Virus record (IMG/VR): IMGVR_UViG_3300050014_000899
Length of the DNA stretch: 64,000 nt
From: a virus
Direction: 5' to 3' (one strand)
Below the pieces are notes generated by a model. The model saw nothing but the letters and a program-made list of their open reading frames with translations. It searched no databases and was not told the DNA's origin. Below are positions 9,340-19,259 of the stretch, one piece after another (the first letter of the stretch is position 1; each line of letters opens with the position of its first letter). Both the position numbers and the translations under genes were made by a program.

Positions 9340-12111
9340 TTAAAACTTGAATGTTATGTTAAATGTAGGTGTATTTACTTTGTTTTTAAGTAAATAAACC
9401 CTGTATCTTACATTATTAACCCCAACTGATACATCAACGTTTTGAGTTTCAAATCCGCTGGTCATATCAAATGTATTTTGGTCAATAATTTGAGTTAAAG
9501 TACCAAAATTATCAGGTGCTGCAATCGTATCAGGATAAGCGAATATGTATTTAACAAATCCACCTACTGAATTGTCAAAGGTTGCAAGTAAATTTGTTTC
9601 ACCAGTTAATCTCGAATTAACTAACCCCTTAATAATTGGAGAATTGATTTGGCCAATACTAATATCGCCTACCATTCCCCAGTATTGTCTGTACCAGAAT
9701 GTATAAGATTCTGATGCCCCAACTGCTGGTTGCGAATGTCCTTGACTGAGTTGATCATCGTCGATAGTTACATTATATGAAATCGTTCTGCTGATTCCTG
9801 CCCAGTTAGTAATACCTGTTCCATCTGTGTATAATCCGGATGCTGAAGGAACTAATCCAAGAGAAGCATTATAAATGACTCCTGCTGCTGTTTTAGATAT
9901 GTGAACATTATCAAGTAATGCAATTGGGTAATTTGCATTGGTTGAATTATAAGTTACATCTATTGAAGCGAATTGTGTTGAAGCAAGACCCTTTTCATAA
10001 GTTCCTGGAGCGACACTTGCACCAATTGATAAAGTAGGAACCTGATACTGATAAAGCATTTTAAACAATACCTGTTTTAAGGTTAAATTGTCCAAATTTG
10101 TTCCAGCTGGAATTCCATGTAAATCATTTGTTGTGGTTCCTAGAGATATATCCCACCAGATATTATTGGAATTTACCCATTTTGCAACACTTGTATCAAA
10201 TTCTGCTATTTGATGCTGAACAAGAGGTAATCCTAAGCAAACATCTGCTAAAGTTTGGAAAGATCCTGATATAGAAACGTCAAAGTATACAAATGAAGCA
10301 TCGTTTGTAATCATAAGATTTGAAGGATCTAATGATTTGAACGATCTAAACTGTAAATCCTGCGATGATTTCTGAAGGAAAATACTTGCATCCCCTCCTG
10401 CTACGTTAGAAGCCGAAATAATGTCTCCGAAAGTAGAAGAATCAAAAGATATTGTTATTGTGCTAGCATCTTGAGAAACTACAATTGCACCTCCAGCTTT
10501 TATTTCTCTGAATTGGAGATTCATTGAAGAATCAATTCCTGCAAATACTCCTGCTGAACCATCTCCAATGTTTATTCCTCCTTTTATAGAAGAAGCATCT
10601 TTTGCAAACAACTGATTAATGGAAGATTCAATATAAGTTATTGAAGAATCGATTGTATTAACTCTGTCAAATAAAGTGACAATAGAACCATCGATTCTTA
10701 TAATACTAGCATCAAGTTGTTGTCTTTGAGCATTAAGATATGCTATGGAAGTATCTCTTAAAGCTAAAGAACCATCAATGTATAAATAAAGATTGTTGAT
10801 AGATCCGTCTGAAGTTGGGATAGAACGTACAGTTCCATCTGGACCAACTACTAGCATTAGATCCGTACCGCCAGCATATTTTGGAAGATTTAAACTTGCA
10901 TCAAGTCTAAATACCGAACCATTATAAGTTAACTGAGTATAAGTATCGAATTTAGTTTCTGCGTCATTCCAAACTGCAATACCATTATTAACAATAATTC
11001 CCTCATCCTGTCTTGTTGCTACCGCTTGAGTACTTGCATCAAGGTATCCTGTAGATGTGTTGGCTGCAATCCCAATTCTAAATGTTTGATTGGTCTCGTC
11101 AAAAATGAATACGTAAGGTTCAGAAGATCCTCTTCCGATTATAATACCGGATTGTAAAGTTGAGGGTGGGGGTCCTACTAAACCTGTATTTAGATGAATA
11201 TAAGCAGAAGAAACATCAACTTGTTCAGTACCAACTACATATAAGGATCCGTTGATAATTAAATCTCCTTTAACCCCAAGGTTTTGATTAACATAAAGAC
11301 TTCCAAAAATAGAAGCATTTACTGGGGTAACTATAGATCCTACTGATAAACCGCCGGCTGTAATAGTAAGGGGTCCGGTCATAGTATCCCCTGCTTTCTC
11401 AACATACAATCCTAGAGAAGATTCTAATCCCGAAATAAGATTGTTAAGAGAACTTATAGAGGTATCTTGGTTTACATTCCAAAGATTTAATGTTCCAATA
11501 GAAGAATCCAGGGAAGCGTCCTTTGCTTGCAATATGGCAATGCTAGCATCCTGACTTATATCCCAATTATTTAAAAGCCCTAAAGAAGCATCGATGGAAG
11601 CGTCCTTTGCTTGTAATTTAGCAATAGAAGCATCCTGGCTAAGATTCCAATTATTTAAAAGTCCTAAAGAAGCATCAATGGAAGCGTCTTTTGCTTGTAA
11701 AGCTGCTATTGAAGCATCCTGCGAAGCATTCCAATTGAAAAGGTATCTTACTGATGAATCAAGTGTAAATACACTCCCGTCAAGAGTTTGAAGTCTTACG
11801 TAAATATCTCCAATTGAAAGATCAATTGCTTGAATAGAAGCATCTAAAGATGCAACCTGACTGCCAACATAAGTTGATAAATCTGTAACTATTGACCAAA
11901 GATCTCCTAAGCTAGCGTCCCCACCAAATTCATTCCAATTGAGTGAATTGTCACAATACCAAACAGTTTGTGTTGTGGTATCATAAGCCTGCATACCGGG
12001 ATATTTATATACGGAAATATCTGGATCGAATCGTCCTGCGCTTGGTACATATCTAATATCAAGGGGTAAATCAGTGTTTAATGAGAATTGGTCTACGATA
12101 AAAATTGCCAT
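9340..12111 (-). CDS. Long fibre/virion protein with coiled-coil repeats
   Basis: Shares YIHLN.GL.GPPP..LQSGI..RG..PY.F.FD..FRIGI..STQAVATR with the tail fibre; heptad DASI repeats. Confidence 0.65.
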   Translation of the reverse strand: MAIFIVDQFSLNTDLPLDIRYVPSAGRFDPDISVYKYPGMQAYDTTTQTVWYCDNSLNWNEFGGDASLGDLWSIVTDLSTYVGSQVASLDASIQAIDLSIGDIYVRLQTLDGSVFTLDSSVRYLFNWNASQDASIAALQAKDASIDASLGLLNNWNLSQDASIAKLQAKDASIDASLGLLNNWDISQDASIAILQAKDASLDSSIGTLNLWNVNQDTSISSLNNLISGLESSLGLYVEKAGDTMTGPLTITAGGLSVGSIVTPVNASIFGSLYVNQNLGVKGDLIINGSLYVVGTEQVDVSSAYIHLNTGLVGPPPSTLQSGIIIGRGSSEPYVFIFDETNQTFRIGIAANTSTGYLDASTQAVATRQDEGIIVNNGIAVWNDAETKFDTYTQLTYNGSVFRLDASLNLPKYAGGTDLMLVVGPDGTVRSIPTSDGSINNLYLYIDGSLALRDTSIAYLNAQRQQLDASIIRIDGSIVTLFDRVNTIDSSITYIESSINQLFAKDASSIKGGINIGDGSAGVFAGIDSSMNLQFREIKAGGAIVVSQDASTITISFDSSTFGDIISASNVAGGDASIFLQKSSQDLQFRSFKSLDPSNLMITNDASFVYFDVSISGSFQTLADVCLGLPLVQHQIAEFDTSVAKWVNSNNIWWDISLGTTTNDLHGIPAGTNLDNLTLKQVLFKMLYQYQVPTLSIGASVAPGTYEKGLASTQFASIDVTYNSTNANYPIALLDNVHISKTAAGVIYNASLGLVPSASGLYTDGTGITNWAGISRTISYNVTIDDDQLSQGHSQPAVGASESYTFWYRQYWGMVGDISIGQINSPIIKGLVNSRLTGETNLLATFDNSVGGFVKYIFAYPDTIAAPDNFGTLTQIIDQNTFDMTSGFETQNVDVSVGVNNVRYRVYLLKNKVNTPTFNITFKF
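11500..11740 (-). repeat. 84-bp (28-aa) tandem repeat, about 3 copies
   Basis: NW..SQDASIA.LQAKDASIDASLGLL repeated three times. Confidence 0.8.
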
Positions 12112-12135
12112 ATGATTAAGTTATTTTATTTCACT

Positions 12136-13866
12136 TTATATATTAAAGATTAATTTGAAGGGCGAAACGTTTACCCAATGGGTTTTAATATAAATTTTAT
12201 AGGGAATTGGGGAAGGCCCAATTCCTGTTAAATTAACATTTGTTGACTCAAAAGATGTTGTTACATTGAAATTATTTCTTATGTCAAATATTGAATTTAA
12301 AAATCCATATGAAGCATCATAAGCATAAATGAATTTCATTTTAATACCCATCGAAGGGTCTTTGATAAAATCTATTAGATTACTTTGTTTTGGTACAATA
12401 AGTTTATGCCCTCCATTGAGAAATCCCTTAATAATATTCTCTAAAATAACGGGATTCGTGCCAGTACTAATATCCGTCACGGTTGTATCTATAACTCCCC
12501 AAGTATATGGGTTTACAAAATTGATTGCTGCTGAAGCCTCAGCCGGAGGCATGATGATTGTGTCCACTTTATTATAAACTTTAATTGTATAAATGAGATT
12601 ATCCCAGTTCGGGCTTACAAAAGAATCTAAAAATGAAAATGTTCCCGCAGAAACATCAGGGTAAACTATTCTTCCAATACCTCCAGCTAAAGAAGAATAT
12701 GCAGATATATCTGTAATTCTTACTTTAACAAATTCGTTATTATTGAAAGTTCCATAAATGGAAACTTCCGGGGTAAATGGACTGTATTTTTCATAATATC
12801 CTTCTGATGCGGGAGCTATTGATAAGTTGATGTTTGGTGGAAAATACTCATAAAGCATTTTGGATAAAATCTGAATTGATGTAGACCCATCGAATCTATC
12901 CCCTCCACTAATTCCGCCAACATTAGCACTTACTGGAGTTGGATCTGTCCATAATTCCCCAGAAATAGATGCGTCAGCCGAAATAATTACTTGATCCCCA
13001 ATAGTATTAACAGTTAATCCTCCTGCTCCAGCAACAATTGTTCTGAATTGAAAATCTTCTCCAACTCTTTGTTTAAATATATTTCCTGCTCCTCCCCCAA
13101 TATTAACACCATTTAAACTTCCTAATAATGTAAATAATTGATTAATAGAAGCATCATCAACTGATAAGGTAATATTCCCTGCTGAATTATCCGAAATAAA
13201 CATTTTATTCCCGGCAAGAAGGGTCTTAAAGTAAATGGTTTTATCTACAGTATGAAAATAAACACCAACTCCCGGACCTTGGACATTAACAGCAGCTTGA
13301 ATGGAATTATTTTGAATAGCTCCACTTAAATTTGCTAAAATTTGTTCAAGATTCGTAACAGATGAAATAGGTTGTTCACCTTTTTGATTTGGTCTCCAAA
13401 GATAATAATCGCATCCTTTTCCGCAAAGAGTTTGAGCATCTGTTATATTAATGGTATCAAATACTTTAACAGTTCCTCCTAAGTCATTACATCCATCAGA
13501 TAGAATGTGTTTATCATCCATAGTCGAAACACCTTCAACTGGAGGAGCATAAACTTGGCCTGTTGCTGGGGTATAATTAAGAGAAAAAGAAGTACAAGTG
13601 CCTGTTCCCGAGGATACATATCTAACTTCGAGAAAAAGATATTTATTACTTCCAGTAGAAACTGAAACAAGATTTTCTTGATTTAAGGGGGTCCAGGAAG
13701 CCCAGTGAGTTCTATTAAAGGACCATCTAAATTCTTTCTTTACCCATCCAGCAGAAGACGAATTATCCTGACCATAAAGTATCTTTCCGACACTCTCTAT
13801 AGGTATTTCATTTACAAATAAAATGGTATTTCCGACTTGAGTTCTTTTAAATAGAGAAAAGATCAT
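12136..13866 (-). CDS. Virion structural protein (fibre/baseplate-associated)
   Basis: Repeated N.G.G.G.F....FR.L.AG units and a C-terminal KFIYAY..L..I.D.N.F domain shared with the 9340-12111 protein. Confidence 0.55.
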   Translation of the reverse strand: MIFSLFKRTQVGNTILFVNEIPIESVGKILYGQDNSSSAGWVKKEFRWSFNRTHWASWTPLNQENLVSVSTGSNKYLFLEVRYVSSGTGTCTSFSLNYTPATGQVYAPPVEGVSTMDDKHILSDGCNDLGGTVKVFDTINITDAQTLCGKGCDYYLWRPNQKGEQPISSVTNLEQILANLSGAIQNNSIQAAVNVQGPGVGVYFHTVDKTIYFKTLLAGNKMFISDNSAGNITLSVDDASINQLFTLLGSLNGVNIGGGAGNIFKQRVGEDFQFRTIVAGAGGLTVNTIGDQVIISADASISGELWTDPTPVSANVGGISGGDRFDGSTSIQILSKMLYEYFPPNINLSIAPASEGYYEKYSPFTPEVSIYGTFNNNEFVKVRITDISAYSSLAGGIGRIVYPDVSAGTFSFLDSFVSPNWDNLIYTIKVYNKVDTIIMPPAEASAAINFVNPYTWGVIDTTVTDISTGTNPVILENIIKGFLNGGHKLIVPKQSNLIDFIKDPSMGIKMKFIYAYDASYGFLNSIFDIRNNFNVTTSFESTNVNLTGIGPSPIPYKIYIKTHWVNVSPFKLIFNI

Positions 13867-13920
13867 TCTTCTTGATGGCTTATTTAGTCTATTTATTCTA
13901 TTAAAAGATGGAGGTATTCC

Positions 13921-13955
13921 AAAACAAAAAACCTCCTGCCGAGAAGCAGGAGGTT
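13921..13955 (-). terminator. Rho-independent terminator
   Basis: aacctcctgc/gcaggaggtt stem with a T tract on the minus strand. Confidence 0.8.
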
Positions 13956-13981
13956 AAAAAAAGAAAAAAGATATGAAAAAA

Positions 13982-14473
13982 TTAGAGGTTGAGTTCAGCC
14001 TCCGTGAGATTACTCATTGTATCAAATTTGGTAAAGTCATTGAGTTCATTGTAATAAGGATTCTTTTTGAACTCTTCCCTTTTTGTTGGCTTCATTTCTT
14101 GCATTAGTTTGATTTTCATATGACCTAAAACTATTGCATGTATTTTGTCAACATCGCCACCTTGACGGGAAATCCAGTCTTGAAATTTTATAACCAGACG
14201 AGCTGAAACAAATTCGTGTCCGTAAGCTCCCCAAGTTCCCCTTTTATTAAGTTTTGTGACTTCAGCCTTTCCAAGATCATGAAAGAAAGCTGCAAGAGCA
14301 TAATCAAGATTGCCGAATTCCCTGGCCCGATTATAAACTATTTTTATATGTATAAGCACATTACCTTCTGGGTGCCAAGTTTTACTCTGAGGAGTTTTTT
14401 CACAACGGGTGAACCACTCCTGAAGTTCTCTTGGAGCTATAGATAAAAGCTTATCGAATGTAAGTATTGTCAT
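13982..14473 (-). CDS. HD-domain phosphohydrolase (resembles the HD domain of CCA-adding enzymes)
   Basis: WHPEGNVLIH, AAFFHDLGK, YGHE, HM motifs. Confidence 0.8.
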   Translation of the reverse strand: MTILTFDKLLSIAPRELQEWFTRCEKTPQSKTWHPEGNVLIHIKIVYNRAREFGNLDYALAAFFHDLGKAEVTKLNKRGTWGAYGHEFVSARLVIKFQDWISRQGGDVDKIHAIVLGHMKIKLMQEMKPTKREEFKKNPYYNELNDFTKFDTMSNLTEAELNL

Positions 14474-14727
14474 AGTTTAAAACCTGAAAATTTTGAAATT
14501 AAATGTTTTTCCTGACCATCGGCAAAAACAACGATGCATTTACCATCATCCAAAACCTCTTTTACTACACCTTTTCCGAATCTTTTATGATCAAGCGGAT
14601 CTCCTACTTTTACAGTAATATCTGGAATAGGTTCTGCTTTATACGGTTTTGGTCTCATTAATTCATCAATGGCAGAACCCATTAAACTTATTTGTATTGG
14701 ATCTATTTTTTCCATTAGTCTTTCCAA
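14470..14727 (-). CDS. Stand-alone PcrA/UvrD C-terminal Tudor-like domain protein
   Basis: VGDPLDHKRFGKGVV..V.F..G.K.L. Confidence 0.55.
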   Translation of the reverse strand: MERLMEKIDPIQISLMGSAIDELMRPKPYKAEPIPDITVKVGDPLDHKRFGKGVVKEVLDDGKCIVVFADGQEKHLISKFSGFKL

Positions 14728-15065
14728 AATATTGTGTATTCATGCATTTGTCTAACCATACTCGAACAGGTATATCCTGTTTTAACTTTTTTTTCAGCAA
14801 GAAGAAGCTCTCTTATTTTATCTTTGTATTTCCAAGCATTTCCTCCCCCTGAATAATGTTCAGATCGATTATATTGCTCTAAATAATTACCGGAGTATCT
14901 TTTGGTAAACATTCTTGCATAAAGATCGTCGACCTTCTTTTCGAGTTCTTCGTCTTCCCAAACTCTAACCCATAAATCAAATCCCACACATCGTTCGCAA
15001 GGAAATCTTAAATTTCCGCTGCTATTTTTAGGGGATTTATACCAACAATTTGAGCAATCATTCAT
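14715..15065 (-). CDS. Hypothetical protein with N-terminal CxxC motifs
   Basis: ATG just downstream of a minus-strand TATATTTG box. Confidence 0.5.
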   Translation of the reverse strand: MNDCSNCWYKSPKNSSGNLRFPCERCVGFDLWVRVWEDEELEKKVDDLYARMFTKRYSGNYLEQYNRSEHYSGGGNAWKYKDKIRELLLAEKKVKTGYTCSSMVRQMHEYTIFWKD

Positions 15066-15095
15066 AAAGCAAATATACAAAAAAGAACCCAAATA

Positions 15096-15560
15096 CTACT
15101 CAACAGAAGCAATTATTTTTGAATCTGCTCCATATCCACATTTGGCTTCAACCTTCTTATCATCAATCCACATAACGCTTTTGCAAGGAAAAGCAAAATC
15201 ATCGATCCCTGCTTTATCAGCGGCTTCTCTCAGTAATTCGCCTGGATGATAGTCTACGGAAAGGGTAACGTATGTGTATCGTTCTTCATTGGGATATTGT
15301 TCATAACGTTTTTCTGATTGGGCAAATCTATTTCTTATACCCTCCATTAAAGTATCCCTAAATATGGTAACTTTTTCAGGAGTAATTCCCCTTCTTGCTG
15401 AAAGAGCGGTAGAATTTCCAAGCATAAACATTTTCATACCGATTTCTCTATCGGCAGCGGTTCCTTCTTTCCAGGCTCCATTATCCCAATTAAGTTTAGC
15501 TCCTGTAACTTGTTCAACCCACCAGTTTGCGGCGGCTTCGAGTAAATTTTGATTTATCAT
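15096..15560 (-). CDS. Conserved phage hypothetical protein
   Basis: AAANWW..LSVDYHP..L..A..AGI..FP.KS.M. Confidence 0.6.
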   Translation of the reverse strand: MINQNLLEAAANWWVEQVTGAKLNWDNGAWKEGTAADREIGMKMFMLGNSTALSARRGITPEKVTIFRDTLMEGIRNRFAQSEKRYEQYPNEERYTYVTLSVDYHPGELLREAADKAGIDDFAFPCKSVMWIDDKKVEAKCGYGADSKIIASVE

Positions 15561-15563
15561 AGT

Positions 15564-16100
15564 TTAAAATCTTAAGTTATGTTCCAACATTAAGGCATTA
15601 TTCTCATTAAGATGACATTTTTTATATTTCTTCCCACTTCCACATGGGCAAGTATCATTTCTTTGAACTTTTCGATAAATTGAAAGTTTCTGTCTAGCTT
15701 CCTCTTTAGCAGCTTCCCTTTCTTGAGCTCCTTTCCATCTGGCTTCCCTTTCGATCTTATCAATCTCCCTCTGACCAGCATCTGATTCAATAATATAAAC
15801 ATCAGAGCCAGGTTCAGAAAACATATGCATTATTTCTTTTATGTTTCTTTCTTCCTGAGTCATCATGAATTCACCAAACAATTTGGTATAACTCTCTTTT
15901 TGTTTTTCATTATATCGTTCTCTCTGTTCCAAAAGTTTTTCTTTGGGAATTTCTGAAAGTTTAGTTGGAGTATGAACGGTTCCACATTTCTTGCAAACTA
16001 ATTCTTTTTTACCCCTATCTTCTAATCCCCAAGGAAGTTCAAACAATTCCCAATCTTTGCACTTAGTGCACCAGAGTCTTTGATATTCAATCGTTGGCAT
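15564..16100 (-). CDS. SEC-C motif zinc-binding protein
   Basis: RNDTCPCGSGKKYKKCH plus an N-terminal CxxC pair. Confidence 0.8.
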   Translation of the reverse strand: MPTIEYQRLWCTKCKDWELFELPWGLEDRGKKELVCKKCGTVHTPTKLSEIPKEKLLEQRERYNEKQKESYTKLFGEFMMTQEERNIKEIMHMFSEPGSDVYIIESDAGQREIDKIEREARWKGAQEREAAKEEARQKLSIYRKVQRNDTCPCGSGKKYKKCHLNENNALMLEHNLRF

Positions 16101-16575
16101 ATCCGTTGACTAAATTGTTTAACATTCTAGAAACTAGTCCATTAGGACAAATATGAGGATTCATTCTTTTGAATTCTTCTTTATCACAAGCAAAGTAATC
16201 GGCAATAAATTGGCCAACTGCTCCACTACGGCTTATTCCTGCCGTACAATGAACTATAAAAGTTTTCTTATGCTCATTTCTTTTTATAAAATCCAAAATG
16301 TCCTGAGCCTGATAAGAATTAAAAGCTTCAACATGAATAGTATTTGTTGGGGACCACAAATCCATATCTGTCTCAACATCATCGAACCAAAGTCTTAAAA
16401 CATTATCGTGGTCTTCATCGAACCAGGACTGATTCCATTGTCCCATAGTATCATTAATCGAAATGAATGCAACATCAGGAAGTTCATGAACATTTTTATC
16501 ATTTATACCCAGTTTTCCTAATGCAGAATTGAATTGGGGTTTGCTCCAAATATGAACTTGTTTCGGCTCTCTCAT
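16087..16575 (-). CDS. Cys-based protein tyrosine/dual-specificity phosphatase-like
   Basis: VHCTAGISRS CX5R loop; LRLWFDD. Confidence 0.85.
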   Translation of the reverse strand: MREPKQVHIWSKPQFNSALGKLGINDKNVHELPDVAFISINDTMGQWNQSWFDEDHDNVLRLWFDDVETDMDLWSPTNTIHVEAFNSYQAQDILDFIKRNEHKKTFIVHCTAGISRSGAVGQFIADYFACDKEEFKRMNPHICPNGLVSRMLNNLVNGYAND

Positions 16576-16913
16576 GCTACAGTAGTTCCTATAAATTCGG
16601 GGGTTGCTGTGAAATATGCTTTTACTTCTTTTTTCTTTGGCTGTTTAGTTGTGAAAAATTCAATACAATCTTTGATTTCTTCAACAGTTACCAGGGTCCT
16701 TCTGTTAAGAATATCCCCATCTTTGGGAACCCAGCGAATAAGTTCTACTCTATGGGTTTCACAATCCCAATCAAGATATAATCCCTTGGAAAGCTTTTTT
16801 GTAACCAAAAACCATTCATAACCATTTTCTTTGAAAAAAATATTATCCGACTGGTCTTCTCTTTTGAATCCCAAATCGATAACTTCATGGTATAAAATTC
16901 CTCTTTCTATCAT
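16572..16913 (-). CDS. Hypothetical protein
   Basis: Overlapping start/stop packing. Confidence 0.55.
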   Translation of the reverse strand: MIERGILYHEVIDLGFKREDQSDNIFFKENGYEWFLVTKKLSKGLYLDWDCETHRVELIRWVPKDGDILNRRTLVTVEEIKDCIEFFTTKQPKKKEVKAYFTATPEFIGTTVA

Positions 16914-17149
16914 TTTGTAGTTCTAAATATTTTTTTAACACCAAATTTACACTCCGATTTATCAACCCAAGCAAAGCCTCCCATTTCAGGATGTTCCAGG
17001 GAAAATTCGCTTAAATGGTTAATTGCTTCATCAATTTTGCACCAGACATTTCCGTATCCCAATTCTACCCAATGACCTTTTATGATCATTGCATGAGTAG
17101 GAAAATTATGATGAATTGTTTCTTTGAAATATTCTTCTCCTTCTTTCAT
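16910..17149 (-). CDS. Hypothetical protein
   Basis: Operon packing. Confidence 0.5.
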   Translation of the reverse strand: MKEGEEYFKETIHHNFPTHAMIIKGHWVELGYGNVWCKIDEAINHLSEFSLEHPEMGGFAWVDKSECKFGVKKIFRTTK

Positions 17150-17343
17150 CTTATTATTCTTCTCTTGGGCCTTTACCCTCAGCTTCGTTAAATACTATTT
17201 TATCCACTTTAATAACATCATAAATATCTACTACTCCATTAGCATATTCTACGGATATTTTTATTTTGGCAGAAGCAAGATCATTAGCTACTTCTTCTTT
17301 AGTATATCCTCCACAGCTAAATACGTCTTTAGCGATAAATTTT

Positions 17344-17745
17344 CTAATTTTTTTTGCTGTCTTCATATATTTGTTCGAGTTTTTCAATTGCTTTTTTCCA
17401 TTGCTTTCCTGGCTTCATTTCATGAGTAAAAGTTGCCAATCCAACCCATGCATTCCATTCTTTTGGAATTTTTTCCTCAAGTATCTTTACGAGGTAATAA
17501 GCAGTTGGAAAACCATAGACCATTCCACATCCACGAGCTCCACAAAGAACGTTGCAGCTTCTTCTCTTAACGATACAGGCATCCATATTTCCAAGCCACT
17601 TAACAATGTACATGCGAGCTCCCATATCATAGCCAGAGATACCTATCTCAGTTTTTTGAAGTTGTTCATCAAAGCTTAAACGGTAAAGAACCCTTTTGAT
17701 TAAAGGATCTTCAACTTTCATAGGATCTTTTATTTCGTCGTACAT
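17344..17745 (-). CDS. Hypothetical protein
   Basis: TAATG coupling to the ligase stop codon. Confidence 0.5.
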   Translation of the reverse strand: MYDEIKDPMKVEDPLIKRVLYRLSFDEQLQKTEIGISGYDMGARMYIVKWLGNMDACIVKRRSCNVLCGARGCGMVYGFPTAYYLVKILEEKIPKEWNAWVGLATFTHEMKPGKQWKKAIEKLEQIYEDSKKN

Positions 17746-18914
17746 TATTTCCAGGTTTCAATGATTTGTTTAGCTTGTTTCAAATGATAAGTCATAGCCA
17801 ATACCTGTTCTTTTTTTCTTGTGGTGTATTCTTCTGGTTTTTCGATTTTAGTCCTAAAAAGACCAAAAAATGGTTCACGGTGTTTATCAGTAGCAAATTT
17901 ACCCCAATGCCCAGTATAGAATGAAGAGTTATATTCGTCCATCAATTTATCAACGCAAGAGTCAATATGAGCCATAAAATTATTGGTAGATTTAACTACT
18001 TTATCCACAAATAAGAATGCATCGGCGTCATCAACAGGATGCAACATCGACATAAGATCATCCAAAGCTTCGTTTAAATAATTGCAAATAACATAATCTT
18101 CTCTGAAAACATTTTCGGTTCTCAAACCATGCATTTTGAAATACCACTGAGTTTTAAGTTTGACCAACTGGCCATCTTCAAGTTTAAAAACCCAACCTTC
18201 TTTGGAGTCAATAGTTTTTGCAAGATCAAGATAATATTCCCAATCTCCGCCATAAGATTTTATCTGCATGATCGACTGAGGAATTCTATAAACATCCATT
18301 TCAGATGCCGTATGATATTCACCGGTGATATTATCACGTATTCCTATAAAACGAATCTGCGGGCAAGTATACTGTAAAACAACTCTATTGTCACGGGACA
18401 CATATTCAAACAATGGGGTATAGCCATCATTCAATAAGTTTTTAACCCATTCAACATGTTCTTCATTTTCATATAGAAGCTGATATGCAGCAGCAGACTG
18501 ATCGCTTGAAAAAGAACCAATGGTCTTAGAAAAAAGTTTTCCATCTGGAAGCATCATAAATGCTACCAAAGAACCATCTGCTTTTTCAGAAATATCAAGG
18601 ATTTTTTTGTCTTTGATTTTATCGTATTGAGTTGTCTCAACCTGATTAAGATTAAAGAATTTTGGAAGCATAAAAAATCTCTTCCATAGAGAACCATCTT
18701 TATTAAACACGAAGGTAGTTCCCCTCATATCAAAAGCTTTAACTTCCGGACGGTTTTTAAGCGGGATATCAAAATCATTATACCCACAAATAAAATAATT
18801 GAAGGTAACTAATTTATAGCCATCCCTCATGAAATCACTTGAATAGAAATGGAAGTTATTATACTTCTCAGCTATTTCTTGAGCGTCCTTATATGTGAGT
18901 AGATATTTTGACAT
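17745..18914 (-). CDS. rnlA: T4 Rnl1-family RNA ligase
   Basis: MRG..F, KFFNLNQ, motif I EKADGSL, TPLFEY..NRVV, EGWV, VKLK; start moved to the ATG after the promoter. Confidence 0.88.
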   Translation of the reverse strand: MSKYLLTYKDAQEIAEKYNNFHFYSSDFMRDGYKLVTFNYFICGYNDFDIPLKNRPEVKAFDMRGTTFVFNKDGSLWKRFFMLPKFFNLNQVETTQYDKIKDKKILDISEKADGSLVAFMMLPDGKLFSKTIGSFSSDQSAAAYQLLYENEEHVEWVKNLLNDGYTPLFEYVSRDNRVVLQYTCPQIRFIGIRDNITGEYHTASEMDVYRIPQSIMQIKSYGGDWEYYLDLAKTIDSKEGWVFKLEDGQLVKLKTQWYFKMHGLRTENVFREDYVICNYLNEALDDLMSMLHPVDDADAFLFVDKVVKSTNNFMAHIDSCVDKLMDEYNSSFYTGHWGKFATDKHREPFFGLFRTKIEKPEEYTTRKKEQVLAMTYHLKQAKQIIETWK

Positions 18915-18953
18915 TCGACAAATGTACAACTAATTTTCCAAATAAAAAAATAA

Positions 18954-19259
18954 TTATGAAAGTATTTCTATCGCATTCCATTCTTTTTTCCATGGCTGCC
19001 AAATATTTTGATAGGACCAGCCATCATCAAATGAAGTATGCCGGGTAATTATAAGCTGCTCTTTTAAAGTAACTTTTTTTAACCATCTAAATTTTTTGCC
19101 AATCCACCACGGACGGTATGCAAAGATTTCTCGAACCCTAGTATAATCTGTAACTTTATCTTCATAAAACCCTCGGTCAGTTTCTCCAGATATTTCTCCA
19201 ATAATGTTATAGGTAACCCCTTCAAATTTATAGGTAGTTGGTTTTCTAAACTTTTCCAT
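18954..19259 (-). CDS. Hypothetical protein
   Basis: ORF in minus-strand operon. Confidence 0.5.
   Translation of the reverse strand: MEKFRKPTTYKFEGVTYNIIGEISGETDRGFYEDKVTDYTRVREIFAYRPWWIGKKFRWLKKVTLKEQLIITRHTSFDDGWSYQNIWQPWKKEWNAIEILS

Noticed and set aside
17154-17745. Frameshift joining ORFs 17344-17745 and 17154-17387
   Set aside because: The downstream ORF has its own ATG (MKTAKK) and no motif spans the junction
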